The notes below the pieces were generated by a model, which worked only from the letters and a program-made list of their open reading frames with translations, was not told the origin of the DNA and ran no database searches. The translations under genes were made by a program, and so were the position numbers. Shown here piece after piece: positions 55,012 through 64,000 of a stretch of 64,000 nt of DNA; position 1 is the first letter of the stretch; each line of letters starts with the position of its first letter. The stretch is from Deltaproteobacteria bacterium (lineage in GTDB: Bacteria; Myxococcota_A; UBA9160; SMWR01): contig JAFDEI010000006.1 of assembly GCA_019310425.1 (NCBI GenBank), forward strand, positions 1,034 through 65,033, read 5' to 3'.

Positions 55012-55416
55012 ATGACAATTTCGGTGAATTCCTTGGGTGGAGCGCGTCAGGGCCTTCGCCGGGTGGGGATGCTCGTCGCATTGACGATCGCGTTCCAGGC
55101 AAGCCCGGGACTGGCAGCGAATGACACTGCGCGAGAAGCGGGTGTTGGAGTGGGGGCGGCGTTTGGCAGCCTGCTCTATGCCCCGGCGAAGCTCGTGTAC
55201 GCGACGCTCGGCCTGGTGCTCGGCGGGATGGCCTGGGGCCTGTCCGGCGGCGACGCGGACGTGAAGGATGCGGTGATCATGCCCGCGGTACGTGGCGACT
55301 ACGTGATCACGCCCTCGATCATCCGAGGGGAGGAAAAGCTCGAGTTCGTCGGCCGCCGACCCGGCTACGGGCGGGACGACCAGATCGTCGCTGAAGAGAT
55401 CGAAGAAGGCTTCTAG
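55012..55416 (+). CDS. hypothetical exported/membrane protein
   Basis: 134 aa. Signal-like VGMLVALTIAFQASPGLAA plus a Gly-rich hydrophobic segment. No family recognised. Confidence 0.4.
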   Translation: MTISVNSLGGARQGLRRVGMLVALTIAFQASPGLAANDTAREAGVGVGAAFGSLLYAPAKLVYATLGLVLGGMAWGLSGGDADVKDAVIMPAVRGDYVITPSIIRGEEKLEFVGRRPGYGRDDQIVAEEIEEGF

Positions 55417-55533
55417 TCGAGTTCGTCGGCTGAGTGTTGTCGGCTCGGATGCGAGGCGTTTGGTGCCGCGACCTGTCCCCGTGGGGCAGGTGTGGCGGAT
55501 GTGGGGATGACCCGCGATTCTTGAGTCAATCGC

Positions 55534-56307
55534 ATGATTGAACTCGGCTCCCACGGCTATCTCGCGTTCGCGGCTGGGCTGCTCTCGGTGTTATCACCGT
55601 GCGTGTTGCCTTTGATGCCCGCATACCTCTCGCTGATCTCCGGCATTTCGGTCGAAGAGATGCGCGAGGGCGCGGACGATGCGCGGATGCGAAGCCAGGT
55701 GATGCGCGCCTGCTTCGGCTTCGTTTCGGGATTCTCGATCGTATTCGTGATCCTGGGCGTCGGCGCGGTGGCGGCGGGGCAGATCATCCGCACCTGGCAA
55801 ATGCAGGTGTTCGGCATCGGCATCGGCATCTCCCAGATCGCGGGCGTAGTGATCATCCTGTTCGGTCTGCACATGACCGGCTTGATTCCCATCCGAGCGC
55901 TGTATCGCGACACCCGCTTCCAGTTCCAGATCAACCACCATAGTTTCGTCAGCTCGTTGCTGATCGGTGCGGGCTTCGCGCTGGGCTGGTCGCCCTGCAT
56001 CGGGCCGATCCTCGCGACGATCCTCACGCTCGCCGGCAGCCAGGAGACGATGATGCAAGGCGTGGGACTGTTGTTGATCTACTCGGGGGGGCTCGCGGTC
56101 CCGTTCCTGATCGCGGGTTGGAGCATCGAGTACTTCTTCGAGGCCTTCCACCGGATCAAACACCATTTCCGAGTGTTCGAGATCGTTTCCGGCCTGATCC
56201 TGGTGGCGGTCGGGGCGCTGCTCGTCACCGATCGCCTGACGTTGTTGAACCGGCAGTTCCAGTTCATGTCGGAGTGGGTCAATACCATCGAAAACGCACT
56301 TCAGTGA
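55534..56307 (+). CDS. ccdA: cytochrome c biogenesis protein CcdA (DsbD-family thiol-disulfide transporter)
   Basis: Two conserved Cys motifs (LSPCVLPLMPAYLS and WSPCIGPIL) in a 6-TM protein. Confidence 0.8.
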   Translation: MIELGSHGYLAFAAGLLSVLSPCVLPLMPAYLSLISGISVEEMREGADDARMRSQVMRACFGFVSGFSIVFVILGVGAVAAGQIIRTWQMQVFGIGIGISQIAGVVIILFGLHMTGLIPIRALYRDTRFQFQINHHSFVSSLLIGAGFALGWSPCIGPILATILTLAGSQETMMQGVGLLLIYSGGLAVPFLIAGWSIEYFFEAFHRIKHHFRVFEIVSGLILVAVGALLVTDRLTLLNRQFQFMSEWVNTIENALQ

Positions 56308-56312
56308 TCTGC

Positions 56313-56897
56313 ATGGCGAGACGGAACAGTGGCGTCGCAAGAGGGGAGGATGAAGACGTGAGGGCCTGGAAGCCGTTTTTCGCCGCATTGTTCGTGTGGT
56401 CTGCGGCGACACTCATGGGCTGTGGCGCCGAGACACCGGGCGAGTCGGACGCCACCGGCCCGGATGCGGGATCTGCCGAGTACGTCGACTTCACGCTGCC
56501 CGATCTCGAGGGCCAGCCGGTTCGTCTCGCCGACTACCGCGGCAAGATCGTGATCGTCGATTTCTGGGCGACCTGGTGCCCGCCGTGCATCTTCCAGGTT
56601 CCCGAGCTGAACGCATTCTGGGAAACCCACCAGGCAGCCGGCGAGGTGATGGTGATCGGCGTCGCGGTCGACGTCGAGGGCGCCGAAGTCGTCGGGCCTT
56701 GGGCGGAAGAACACGGCATCAGCTATTCGCTCGTGATCGGGGACGAAAACGTTGCCCGGGAATTCGGCGCGATGGGGTTTCCGACCCTGGTGATCGTCCG
56801 ACCCGATGGGTCGGTCGATTCCCGCCACGTGGGATTGGTCGAGGCCGAGGAGCTCGAAGAGCTGGTTGCGGCCGCGACGGGAGTCGGCGCTACATGA
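56313..56897 (+). CDS. TlpA/ResA-family thioredoxin-like lipoprotein (thiol:disulfide oxidoreductase)
   Basis: Lipobox LMGC. FWATWCPPC active site and GFPTLVIV. Confidence 0.8.
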   Translation: MARRNSGVARGEDEDVRAWKPFFAALFVWSAATLMGCGAETPGESDATGPDAGSAEYVDFTLPDLEGQPVRLADYRGKIVIVDFWATWCPPCIFQVPELNAFWETHQAAGEVMVIGVAVDVEGAEVVGPWAEEHGISYSLVIGDENVAREFGAMGFPTLVIVRPDGSVDSRHVGLVEAEELEELVAAATGVGAT

Positions 56898-57057
56898 CCG
56901 AGGCCGGGAAGGGCAGAACGCGCGTCGAGGGGGCCTTCCGCGTGCTCCCGCCATCGGTTGCGGTGTCCCGCTAAAGCCGGCCGTAGGAACCGTCGAAAAG
57001 TACCCGGGGGGGGGAGTCCGCGCGTGCGTGGGGTCGCGCCCCTTGGGAGGGCGGTAA

Positions 57058-57693
57058 TTGGGTGCCAGCGAAGGTGAGACGACCGCGATTCGGGTCCGCA
57101 GTTCGTTTCAGCGAACCGTCGAGCCTGGTGAGACCGTCTTTGACGAAGGCGACGCCGGCGATCGGCTCTATGTAATCCAGAGCGGTGAGATCGAGTTGGT
57201 TCGCGAAGGGGTCGGGGCGAGTCGCGTGGTGGCGCGGGTCGGGCCGGGCGATTTCTTCGGTGAACTCGGCGTCGTACTCGGCCGTCCTTGTACGACTCGC
57301 GCGGTCGCGGTGCGTGCAACGCGGGTGCTGGAACTCGATCGCGAGACCCTCGAATCCATGTGCCTCGAGCAACCCGAGATCGCGATCCGGCTGCTGCGGG
57401 TGGTTGTTTCGCGCTTGATCGAGGCCGAGACCCGGCTGTCCGCGCTCGGGGTCGACGACCTGCTGCGACCCGTCGTTCGGGGCCTGGTGCGTCGTTCGGA
57501 GCCCGACCCGGAAAACGGGATACGAATCCCGATCAGCCTGCGCGGACTCGCGAGAGACGCGGGGCTTTCGATGTTCGAGACCCATCGAGCACTGCACCAC
57601 CTGATCGACCGCAAGATCGTCCGCATGGAGGACGATTGCCTCTTCGCAGCCGATGTCGACACCCTGTCGGCCGCGGTCGATTTGACCGAATAG
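57058..57693 (+). CDS. Crp/Fnr-family cyclic-nucleotide-binding transcriptional regulator
   Basis: cNMP-binding blocks (FDEGDAGDRLYVIQSGEI, GPGDFFGELG). C-terminal HTH-like LRGLARDAGLSMFETHRALHHL. TTG start lies 7 nt after GGGAGGG. Confidence 0.7.
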   Translation: MGASEGETTAIRVRSSFQRTVEPGETVFDEGDAGDRLYVIQSGEIELVREGVGASRVVARVGPGDFFGELGVVLGRPCTTRAVAVRATRVLELDRETLESMCLEQPEIAIRLLRVVVSRLIEAETRLSALGVDDLLRPVVRGLVRRSEPDPENGIRIPISLRGLARDAGLSMFETHRALHHLIDRKIVRMEDDCLFAADVDTLSAAVDLTE

Positions 57694-57835
57694 TCCGAAT
57701 CCTCGCGCGAGTGGATTGACCCGTCGCAAGCCCGTTTGTTAGCGTGGACCCGGCTCACCGGGCCTGCGATGTGCTGCCCGGAGTTCGCGTCGGACGCACG
57801 GCAGGCGATCGGTTCGAGGCCATTCGGAGGCTCGG

Positions 57836-60286
57836 GTGTCGCGGAAGATCGGCATGGTCGCGGGAGTCGTTGCCTGGTTGCTGGTGGCGGGCGTTCCCGG
57901 AGCCCTGGCGGCCAGTCTCCCGGGGCAGAGTCAGACATTCGAACTCACCGCCGACTCGGTCGAATACGAGCAGAGGCGCAGCCTCTACATCGCGCGCGGA
58001 AACGTCCGAATCAGCTCGAAGGACACCGAACTCACCGCCGACTGGATGGTGTTCAACCACGAGATCAGTCGCGGCGCGGCGACCGGGAACATCGTGTTCT
58101 CGACCTCCGACGATGTGCTGCGCGCGCGCTTCATCGAGTTCAATATCGACACTCAGCGCGGCATTCTATTCGGGGCCGCCTTTGATTCGGAGAAGGACCA
58201 GTTCCGGTTGCAGGGCGAGGAGATCGTCAAGCACAGCGACGATACCTACTCGTTCGAGCGCGGGAGATTTACGACCTGCGAATGTCCCGATCCCGACGAT
58301 CGCGACCCATGGGCGATCAAGGCCGAGAGTGCCCAGATCGATGTCGGTGGCTACGGGACCGCGCGCAACTCGACCTTCGAAATACTCGGCGTACCCGTCG
58401 TGTGGCTGCCCTGGATGACCTATCCGCTCAAGACCGAGCGCGAGAGCGGCCTGCTGTTTCCAGTGTTCGGTTTCAGCGGACGAAATGGCGCCGAACTGGG
58501 GCTCCCGGTCTTCTGGGCCGCGCACGAGAGCGTGAACGTGATCGCCACACCGGGCTGGATGAGCAAGCGTGGCCCGACGGCTGATCTCGCGGTCGAATAC
58601 CTCTTCGGTGAGCGTTCGAAGGGGGAAATCTCCGGGCACTTCGTCTACGACCAGAGCATCGACCCCGACTCGAAAGAGGATCCGTTTGGGCGAGAACGCT
58701 GGGCCATTCAAGGTGAGAAGGATTTCTTCCTGCCCTGGGATCTGCGGTTCAAGAGCGACTTCGCCGCCATCTCCGACAACGAGTATCTGTCCGACTTCAA
58801 CGACCTCCCGCAGAAGGACGACGACCGCTTCCTGGTCTCGACCGCTTTCCTGGGCCGGTCGTTTGCGGCCGACGGCCGGTTTGGTGCGCTGACGGCGCTC
58901 GTCTTTTCGAACGACTTGCAGAACCCGAACGACCAGGACCGCGACCGTTTCCTGCTGCAGCGGCTCCCCACTGTCGCGGCCGTGGTGCTTCCGGCTGTGG
59001 TAGCGGATTCGATTCCCATCCTCGATCGAATCGTCCCGTCGCTCGGTCTCGAGTACTCGTTCTTCACCCCGCGGCGCCGAGCCGTCGACAAGTACGACGG
59101 CCTCGACGCGGCGTACTACGCGAATGCGGCATTCATCGATACGGGTATCGACGCCCTGCCGAGCTCGAGCGAGCGCGGTTTTCCGGGCGATCCGGATCCG
59201 CACGGTGACGATGCGACCACCAGCTCCGGCGGCCTCGAGCTGAATGGCCGCTTCGAAGAGGGTGAGCCGCTAGCGGACGACGGCCACCGCATCGATATCC
59301 ATCCGCGTCTCGCGGTGCCGTTCCGAATCAGCGACTATGTCGAGGTCTACCCGGAAGTCGGTTGGCACCAGACCTTCTACGAGTCGCACTTCATGGGTTC
59401 GAACCAGCGGCATCTGCTGACCACGCAGGTCGACCTGCGTTCGCGGCTCCGCCGGCACTATTCGAGTGGGCTGACCCATCTGATCGAACCGCATCTGTCA
59501 TACGGATATATTTCCGACCTCGGTTCGAACCAGGATGACAATCCGCTGTTCGTGCCGAATACCGCAGTGCCGCAGGAGCGGATCCGGCAGCTCGAACTCG
59601 GGAACGTGATGCTCGACGACGCGGACCGCGTCCGGAAGTTCAACGGCTTCACGTACGGCGTGAGCAATCGCTTTTACACGCGGGTCGAGGGTGAGGGGGC
59701 GCAGCTGATCGCAGACGTCTACCTGTCGAATGGCGTCGACGTGGAAGAGGGTGAATTCGGGCCCATCTACCTGGGCGCTACCGCGTACCCGTTGGATCGC
59801 ACGAGCATCCTCGCGAATTTCGGCTTCGACCCCGAGGGCGTCGCGGTTTCGGAGGCCACCGCCCAGATTGCTTTTCTCCATGATCGAGGCCACGAATTCG
59901 CGCTCCGCTACCGGTACCTGAGGAAGACCCCGAAGTTCTTCGAGGATTTCGAGAACTCGTCGGAGCGCTTCGACAATTTCGAGAGTCGGGTCGAGCGGAT
60001 CAACCAGATCAGTGCCTACGCCCGCATTGCAATCACGCATCAGTGGTGGATCCACTATCGCGGCGCCTACACCTTCGAGGACGGCTTGATGTTGAAGAAC
60101 ATCGGCGGCATCGAATACGTCTCGGACTGTCGCTGTTGGGCGGCGGGCTTCCAACTCGGGCACAGTCGTTCGAAAGGGATCCGGTTCAACCTGACCTACA
60201 CCTTCCTCGGACTCGGCGACGATCTGAAGAAGACCGGTCCGACGAGCTTCGGCACCGGCGACATCAGCTTGCTTGACTCTCTCTGA
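57836..60286 (+). CDS. lptD: LPS-assembly outer-membrane protein LptD (OstA family)
   Basis: Signal peptide. OstA_N-like start (LTADSVEYE...ARGNVRI...ADWMVFN). The RGRFTTCEC block is followed by a long beta-barrel-type region. 816 aa. Confidence 0.8.
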   Translation: MSRKIGMVAGVVAWLLVAGVPGALAASLPGQSQTFELTADSVEYEQRRSLYIARGNVRISSKDTELTADWMVFNHEISRGAATGNIVFSTSDDVLRARFIEFNIDTQRGILFGAAFDSEKDQFRLQGEEIVKHSDDTYSFERGRFTTCECPDPDDRDPWAIKAESAQIDVGGYGTARNSTFEILGVPVVWLPWMTYPLKTERESGLLFPVFGFSGRNGAELGLPVFWAAHESVNVIATPGWMSKRGPTADLAVEYLFGERSKGEISGHFVYDQSIDPDSKEDPFGRERWAIQGEKDFFLPWDLRFKSDFAAISDNEYLSDFNDLPQKDDDRFLVSTAFLGRSFAADGRFGALTALVFSNDLQNPNDQDRDRFLLQRLPTVAAVVLPAVVADSIPILDRIVPSLGLEYSFFTPRRRAVDKYDGLDAAYYANAAFIDTGIDALPSSSERGFPGDPDPHGDDATTSSGGLELNGRFEEGEPLADDGHRIDIHPRLAVPFRISDYVEVYPEVGWHQTFYESHFMGSNQRHLLTTQVDLRSRLRRHYSSGLTHLIEPHLSYGYISDLGSNQDDNPLFVPNTAVPQERIRQLELGNVMLDDADRVRKFNGFTYGVSNRFYTRVEGEGAQLIADVYLSNGVDVEEGEFGPIYLGATAYPLDRTSILANFGFDPEGVAVSEATAQIAFLHDRGHEFALRYRYLRKTPKFFEDFENSSERFDNFESRVERINQISAYARIAITHQWWIHYRGAYTFEDGLMLKNIGGIEYVSDCRCWAAGFQLGHSRSKGIRFNLTYTFLGLGDDLKKTGPTSFGTGDISLLDSL

Positions 60287-60355
60287 GGCGTTTGATAACA
60301 ACACGGAATTACAGGGTTTTCTCCACGCGCCCAACGCACCCTGCCCGAGGCCGAG

Positions 60356-61843
60356 TTGCATCGCCCCTCCCTGGAAGTCTTCGAGGCACTCGCGACACGC
60401 GGGAACCTGATTCCGGTCGTGCGCGAAGTCATGGCCGATCTCGACACTCCGCTTTCGTTGTTCCAGCGACTCGATGACGGTCGAACCTCGTTCCTGCTCG
60501 AATCCGTCGAGGGTGGTGAGAAGTGGGCGCGTTACAGCTTCATCGGCACCGGCTCGCGCGCGATCTTCCGGGCTCGTGGTCGCGCAGCAGAATGGAGTGA
60601 GAACGGAGAGACCGAGCACTTCGAGGTCGAGGGCGATCCGCTCGAAATCCTGCGTGAGCGGCTCGCGCGTCTGCACCCGGCAGTCCCCGATGATCTCTCC
60701 CTGCCGCGTTTCGTCGGCGGCGCGGTCGGTATGGTCAGCTACGACTGGGTGCGCTTCGTTGAGCAGATACCGGACGAGAACCCCGACGAAATTGGTGTAC
60801 CGGATCTCTGGTTCTCACTGCCCGAGACGGTCGTGGTGTACGACAATGTGAGACATTCGGCGCTGATCGTTCAGCAGGTCGAAGTGGGGGAGGGCGCCGA
60901 ACTCGGGGCTCTTTACGCCGAAGCCGTTGCTGCGATCGACTCGACCTTGGCACAGATGCGTACTCCGCTCGATCTGTCGCCGCCTGCGCAACCGGTGCGG
61001 GCGCCGATGGACGTGCAGCGCAGCATGGAACGCGAAGTCTTCCACGATGTCGTCAAGCAGGCGAAGGAGTACATCGAGGCCGGCGACATCTTCCAGGTGG
61101 TGCTGTCGCAGCAGTTTCGGATACCGCTCCAGGTCGATCCGTTCACGATCTACCGCCACTTGCGGCTCGTGAACCCGAGCCCGTATCTGTTCTTTCTGCG
61201 TTGCGAGGGGCCCGTAATCCTCGGATCTTCGCCGGAGGCGTTGGTGCGGCTCGACCATGGCCGGATCGACGTACGGCCGATTGCGGGTACTCGCCGGCGC
61301 GGCACGAATGCCGAGGAAGACGAGCGGCTCGAGGCCGAGTTGCTGGCGGACACAAAGGAGCGAGCCGAGCATCTGATGCTGGTCGATCTCGGCCGCAACG
61401 ACGTGGGCCGGGTCGCGGAGATCGGTTCGGTCGAGGTGAACGAGTACGCGGTGATCGAACGCTACTCCCACGTCATCCACATCGTTTCAAACGTGACCGG
61501 GACGCTGCGGCCGGGACTCGATTGGCTCGACCTGCTGCGCGCGACCTTTCCGGCCGGGACGTTGTCGGGTGCGCCCAAGGTGCGCGCGATGGAGATCATC
61601 GATGAGCTGGAGAATCAGCGGCGTGGCCCCTATGGGGGCTGTGTGGGCTACATCGACTACTCGGGGAACATGGACACCGCAATCGCGATTCGTACGCTCG
61701 TGATCAACAAAGGAGAAATCTTCCTGCGGGCCGGCGCGGGCATCGTCGCCGACTCGGACCCGGAATCGGAATACCAGGAATGTCTCAACAAGGCGGGTGC
61801 ACTGGTTCAGGCGATCGACCTCTCGCGGGAGGGGATCGAATGA
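60356..61843 (+). CDS. trpE: anthranilate synthase component I
   Basis: LESVEGGEKWARYSF, NPSPYLFFL, IAGTRRRG, GTLSGAPKVRAMEII and RGPYGG motifs. TTG start. Confidence 0.9.
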   Translation: MHRPSLEVFEALATRGNLIPVVREVMADLDTPLSLFQRLDDGRTSFLLESVEGGEKWARYSFIGTGSRAIFRARGRAAEWSENGETEHFEVEGDPLEILRERLARLHPAVPDDLSLPRFVGGAVGMVSYDWVRFVEQIPDENPDEIGVPDLWFSLPETVVVYDNVRHSALIVQQVEVGEGAELGALYAEAVAAIDSTLAQMRTPLDLSPPAQPVRAPMDVQRSMEREVFHDVVKQAKEYIEAGDIFQVVLSQQFRIPLQVDPFTIYRHLRLVNPSPYLFFLRCEGPVILGSSPEALVRLDHGRIDVRPIAGTRRRGTNAEEDERLEAELLADTKERAEHLMLVDLGRNDVGRVAEIGSVEVNEYAVIERYSHVIHIVSNVTGTLRPGLDWLDLLRATFPAGTLSGAPKVRAMEIIDELENQRRGPYGGCVGYIDYSGNMDTAIAIRTLVINKGEIFLRAGAGIVADSDPESEYQECLNKAGALVQAIDLSREGIE

Positions 61844-61891
61844 GCTGTGTGAATGGCTGCTTCGAAGGTTGCAGGTGACGGACGAGCGACG

Positions 61892-62482
61892 ATGCAGCTG
61901 TTGATGATCGACAACTACGATTCCTTCACCTTCAACCTCGTCCAGTATCTGGGAGAACTCGGAGCGAAGGTCGACGTGGTTCGCAACGATCAGGCGACGA
62001 TCGACGAACTGCTCGAGCGGGAGCCGATCGGGGTGGTGATCTCGCCGGGGCCCGGCGAGCCGACCGCAGCCGGAATTTCACTCGACAGCGTTCGGGCTTG
62101 CGCCTCACGAGAGCTACCTCTGCTCGGTGTCTGTCTGGGTCATCAGGCGATCGGAGCGGCATTCGGTGGTCGCATCGTGCGCGCGCGTTCGATCATGCAC
62201 GGCAAGGTCTCGTCGATCGAGCACGATGGGCGCGGGATCTTCGCGGGGGCGCCACAGCCTTTCGACGCGACGCGCTACCACTCGTTGGTGGTCGAGGAGG
62301 AGTCCTTCCCGGACGAACTGGAGATCACCGCGCGCACGGCGGATCGCGAAATCATGGGGCTGCGTCATCGCGCGCTTCCCATCGAGGGGGTTCAGTTTCA
62401 CCCCGAATCGATTCTCACCAGCGTCGGCAAGCATCTGCTGCGGAACTTCCTCGTTCTCTGCGAGTCGAGAAGGGCCGCATGA
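61892..62482 (+). CDS. trpG: anthranilate synthase component II (glutamine amidotransferase)
   Basis: LMIDNYDSFTFNL, GVCLGHQ (catalytic Cys) and GVQFHPES. Confidence 0.9.
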   Translation: MQLLMIDNYDSFTFNLVQYLGELGAKVDVVRNDQATIDELLEREPIGVVISPGPGEPTAAGISLDSVRACASRELPLLGVCLGHQAIGAAFGGRIVRARSIMHGKVSSIEHDGRGIFAGAPQPFDATRYHSLVVEEESFPDELEITARTADREIMGLRHRALPIEGVQFHPESILTSVGKHLLRNFLVLCESRRAA

Positions 62483-63501
62483 GTCTGCGCGAGGCGGTGG
62501 AGACGGCGGTGGCGGGTCGGGAGGTTCCGGCCGACATCCTCGAAGGCTCGTTCGACGAGATCATGTCGGGTGCGGCTTCGGAACTGCTGATCACCGCGTT
62601 GCTCGTTGCGCTGCACACGAAGGGAGAGACCGTTGGTGAGATCGTCGCCGCTGCTCGTTCGCTGCGAGCACACGCAGTGACGGCCGAAATTGGCGACCCG
62701 CGGACGGTCGACACCTGCGGGACCGGCGGCGACGGTGCGGATACCTTCAATATCTCCACGACCGCCGCATTCGTTGTCGCGGGTGCCGGCTTGCCGGTTG
62801 CGAAGCACGGCAATCGCGCCGCCTCGAGCCGAACCGGTAGTGTCGATGTGCTCGAGGCGCTCGGTGTCCGAGTCGACTTGCCGGTGGCCGCCTCGGCGCA
62901 GGTGCTCGCCGATGTCGGCATCGCGTTGTTCTTTGCACGTCGGGCTCATCCTGCGATGAAGCACGTTGCAAAGGTGCGCCAGGCGCTCGGTTTCCGGACG
63001 ATGATGAACTGCCTGGGGCCGCTCGTGAATCCGATGGGCGTGCGATTCCAGGTCATCGGGGTCTACAGCGATCCGCTCGTCGAGACGATCGCGAGCGCGC
63101 TGGGTGAGCTCGGGGCCAAACGTGCGCTGGTGGTACATGGCAGCGATGGACTGGACGAAGTCACCACCACCGGCCCGACCCGGGCGGCGTTGTTCGCGAA
63201 CGGTGCTGTGAGCACGATGACACTCGACCCATCGGAGCACGGCATTCCGAGGCCGGCGAGCGGTGCACTCGCGGGAGGAGATGCGGCTGAGAACGCCTCG
63301 ATTCTACGCGGAGTGCTCGATGGTGAAGCAGGCGCACGGCGTGACATCACCTGCGTGAACGCGGCTGCCGCTCTGTGGGTCGGCGGTGCGGCGGAAGACT
63401 TCGCCGGCGGAATCGATCTCGCGCAGCGGAGCATCGACTCCGGTGCCGCGCGACAGCGCCTCGACGATTTCGTCGAGGCGACGAATGCCGTTGCGGCATG
63501 A
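62479..63501 (+). CDS. trpD: anthranilate phosphoribosyltransferase
   Basis: ATG overlaps the trpG stop (ATGA). [27 protein letters not shown] and NCLGPLVNP motifs. Confidence 0.9.
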   Translation: MSLREAVETAVAGREVPADILEGSFDEIMSGAASELLITALLVALHTKGETVGEIVAAARSLRAHAVTAEIGDPRTVDTCGTGGDGADTFNISTTAAFVVAGAGLPVAKHGNRAASSRTGSVDVLEALGVRVDLPVAASAQVLADVGIALFFARRAHPAMKHVAKVRQALGFRTMMNCLGPLVNPMGVRFQVIGVYSDPLVETIASALGELGAKRALVVHGSDGLDEVTTTGPTRAALFANGAVSTMTLDPSEHGIPRPASGALAGGDAAENASILRGVLDGEAGARRDITCVNAAAALWVGGAAEDFAGGIDLAQRSIDSGAARQRLDDFVEATNAVAA

Positions 63502-63520
63502 TGATCCGAGGAAGCGGAAC

Positions 63521-64000
63521 GTGACGATCCTCGATGAAATCCTGGCGCGGAAGCGGGATGAAGTGGCCGCCGCGCGGGCCGCGGTCCCGGCGGGCGAACT
63601 GGCTGCGCGAGCGCGAAAACGCAGCGATTCACCCCGTGGCTTCCGGGAGGCGCTGCGCTCGGGGCCGTCACCACGCGTGATCGCCGAAGTGAAACGGCGA
63701 TCACCGAGTCGAGGCGAGATCCGCGCCGACTTCGATCCGGTCGCGATCGCGACCGCGTACGTCGATGCCGGTGCCGCCGCGATCTCCGTCCTGACCGACG
63801 GACACCATTTCGGTGGGCATCTCGAGCATCTCGAGGCGGTGCGGGCGGCGACCCCAGTGCCGGTGTTGCGCAAGGACTTCATCGTCGACTCGTATCAGAT
63901 CGACGAGGCTGTCGCGCGCGGCGCGGACGCGGTGTTGTTGATCGTGGCGGCATTCAACGGCGCCGCCGGATCAGCTGAGCTTCGGGCGCTGCAGGGCTAC
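63521..64000 (+). CDS. trpC: indole-3-glycerol phosphate synthase (5' partial, runs off the window)
   Basis: My translation from GTG 63521 gives [13 protein letters not shown] ... [13 protein letters not shown] ... [13 protein letters not shown] ... [10 protein letters not shown]. The frame is open to position 64000. Confidence 0.85.
   Translation, partial: MTILDEILARKRDEVAAARAAVPAGELAARARKRSDSPRGFREALRSGPSPRVIAEVKRRSPSRGEIRADFDPVAIATAYVDAGAAAISVLTDGHHFGGHLEHLEAVRAATPVPVLRKDFIVDSYQIDEAVARGADAVLLIVAAFNGAAGSAELRALQGY

Noticed and set aside
59391-59530. tRNA T-arm-like strings GGTTCGAACC
   Set aside because: They lie inside the lptD reading frame (MGSNQ, GSNQD codons), with no acceptor or anticodon stem context.

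Overview
This is a GC-rich chromosomal segment from a Gram-negative (diderm) bacterium; LptD, type IV pilus genes and lipoproteins are all present. I saw no rRNA, tRNA, CRISPR array, transposase or integrase. Most of the window is housekeeping or accessory metabolism. It carries a trpE-G-D-C block, a parE/parC-like type IIA topoisomerase pair, amt with a sigma-54 promoter, pyruvate kinase, a CDF exporter, queG, dcd, dtd, ccdA/tlpA, lptD, and lipid-modifying genes (a Cfa-like methyltransferase coupled to a desaturase, 3beta-HSD-like SDRs, alpha/beta hydrolases, a crotonase). Five things stand out. (1) One 1299-codon ORF fuses an LsrK-like FGGY kinase, a D-2-hydroxyacid dehydrogenase, an SCP2 domain and a class II aldolase. 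(2) A type IV pilus minor-pilin operon (fimT/pilV/pilW/pilX-like) has a cadherin/Ig-like lipoprotein in the slot normally held by pilY1. A 1477-aa PilY1 homologue is transcribed divergently; it has a very large insert in its vWA domain, duplicated acidic loops and a 14-Gly tract. (3) A roughly 315-nt leader upstream of an MFS transporter contains an intrinsic-terminator-like hairpin, an SD-sequestering hairpin and a 30-codon uORF. (4) Several genes look interrupted or truncated: pyruvate kinase, a GH1 beta-glucosidase, a LuxR-N-like remnant and a hotdog remnant. These are either real decay or assembly errors. (5) G8-G9 homopolymer tracts lie in intergenic regions. Many long Arg/Pro/Gly-rich ORFs in the track are antisense or out-of-frame shadows typical of GC-rich DNA and were not called. 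All functional calls rest on motif and pattern recognition by eye; no database search was run.
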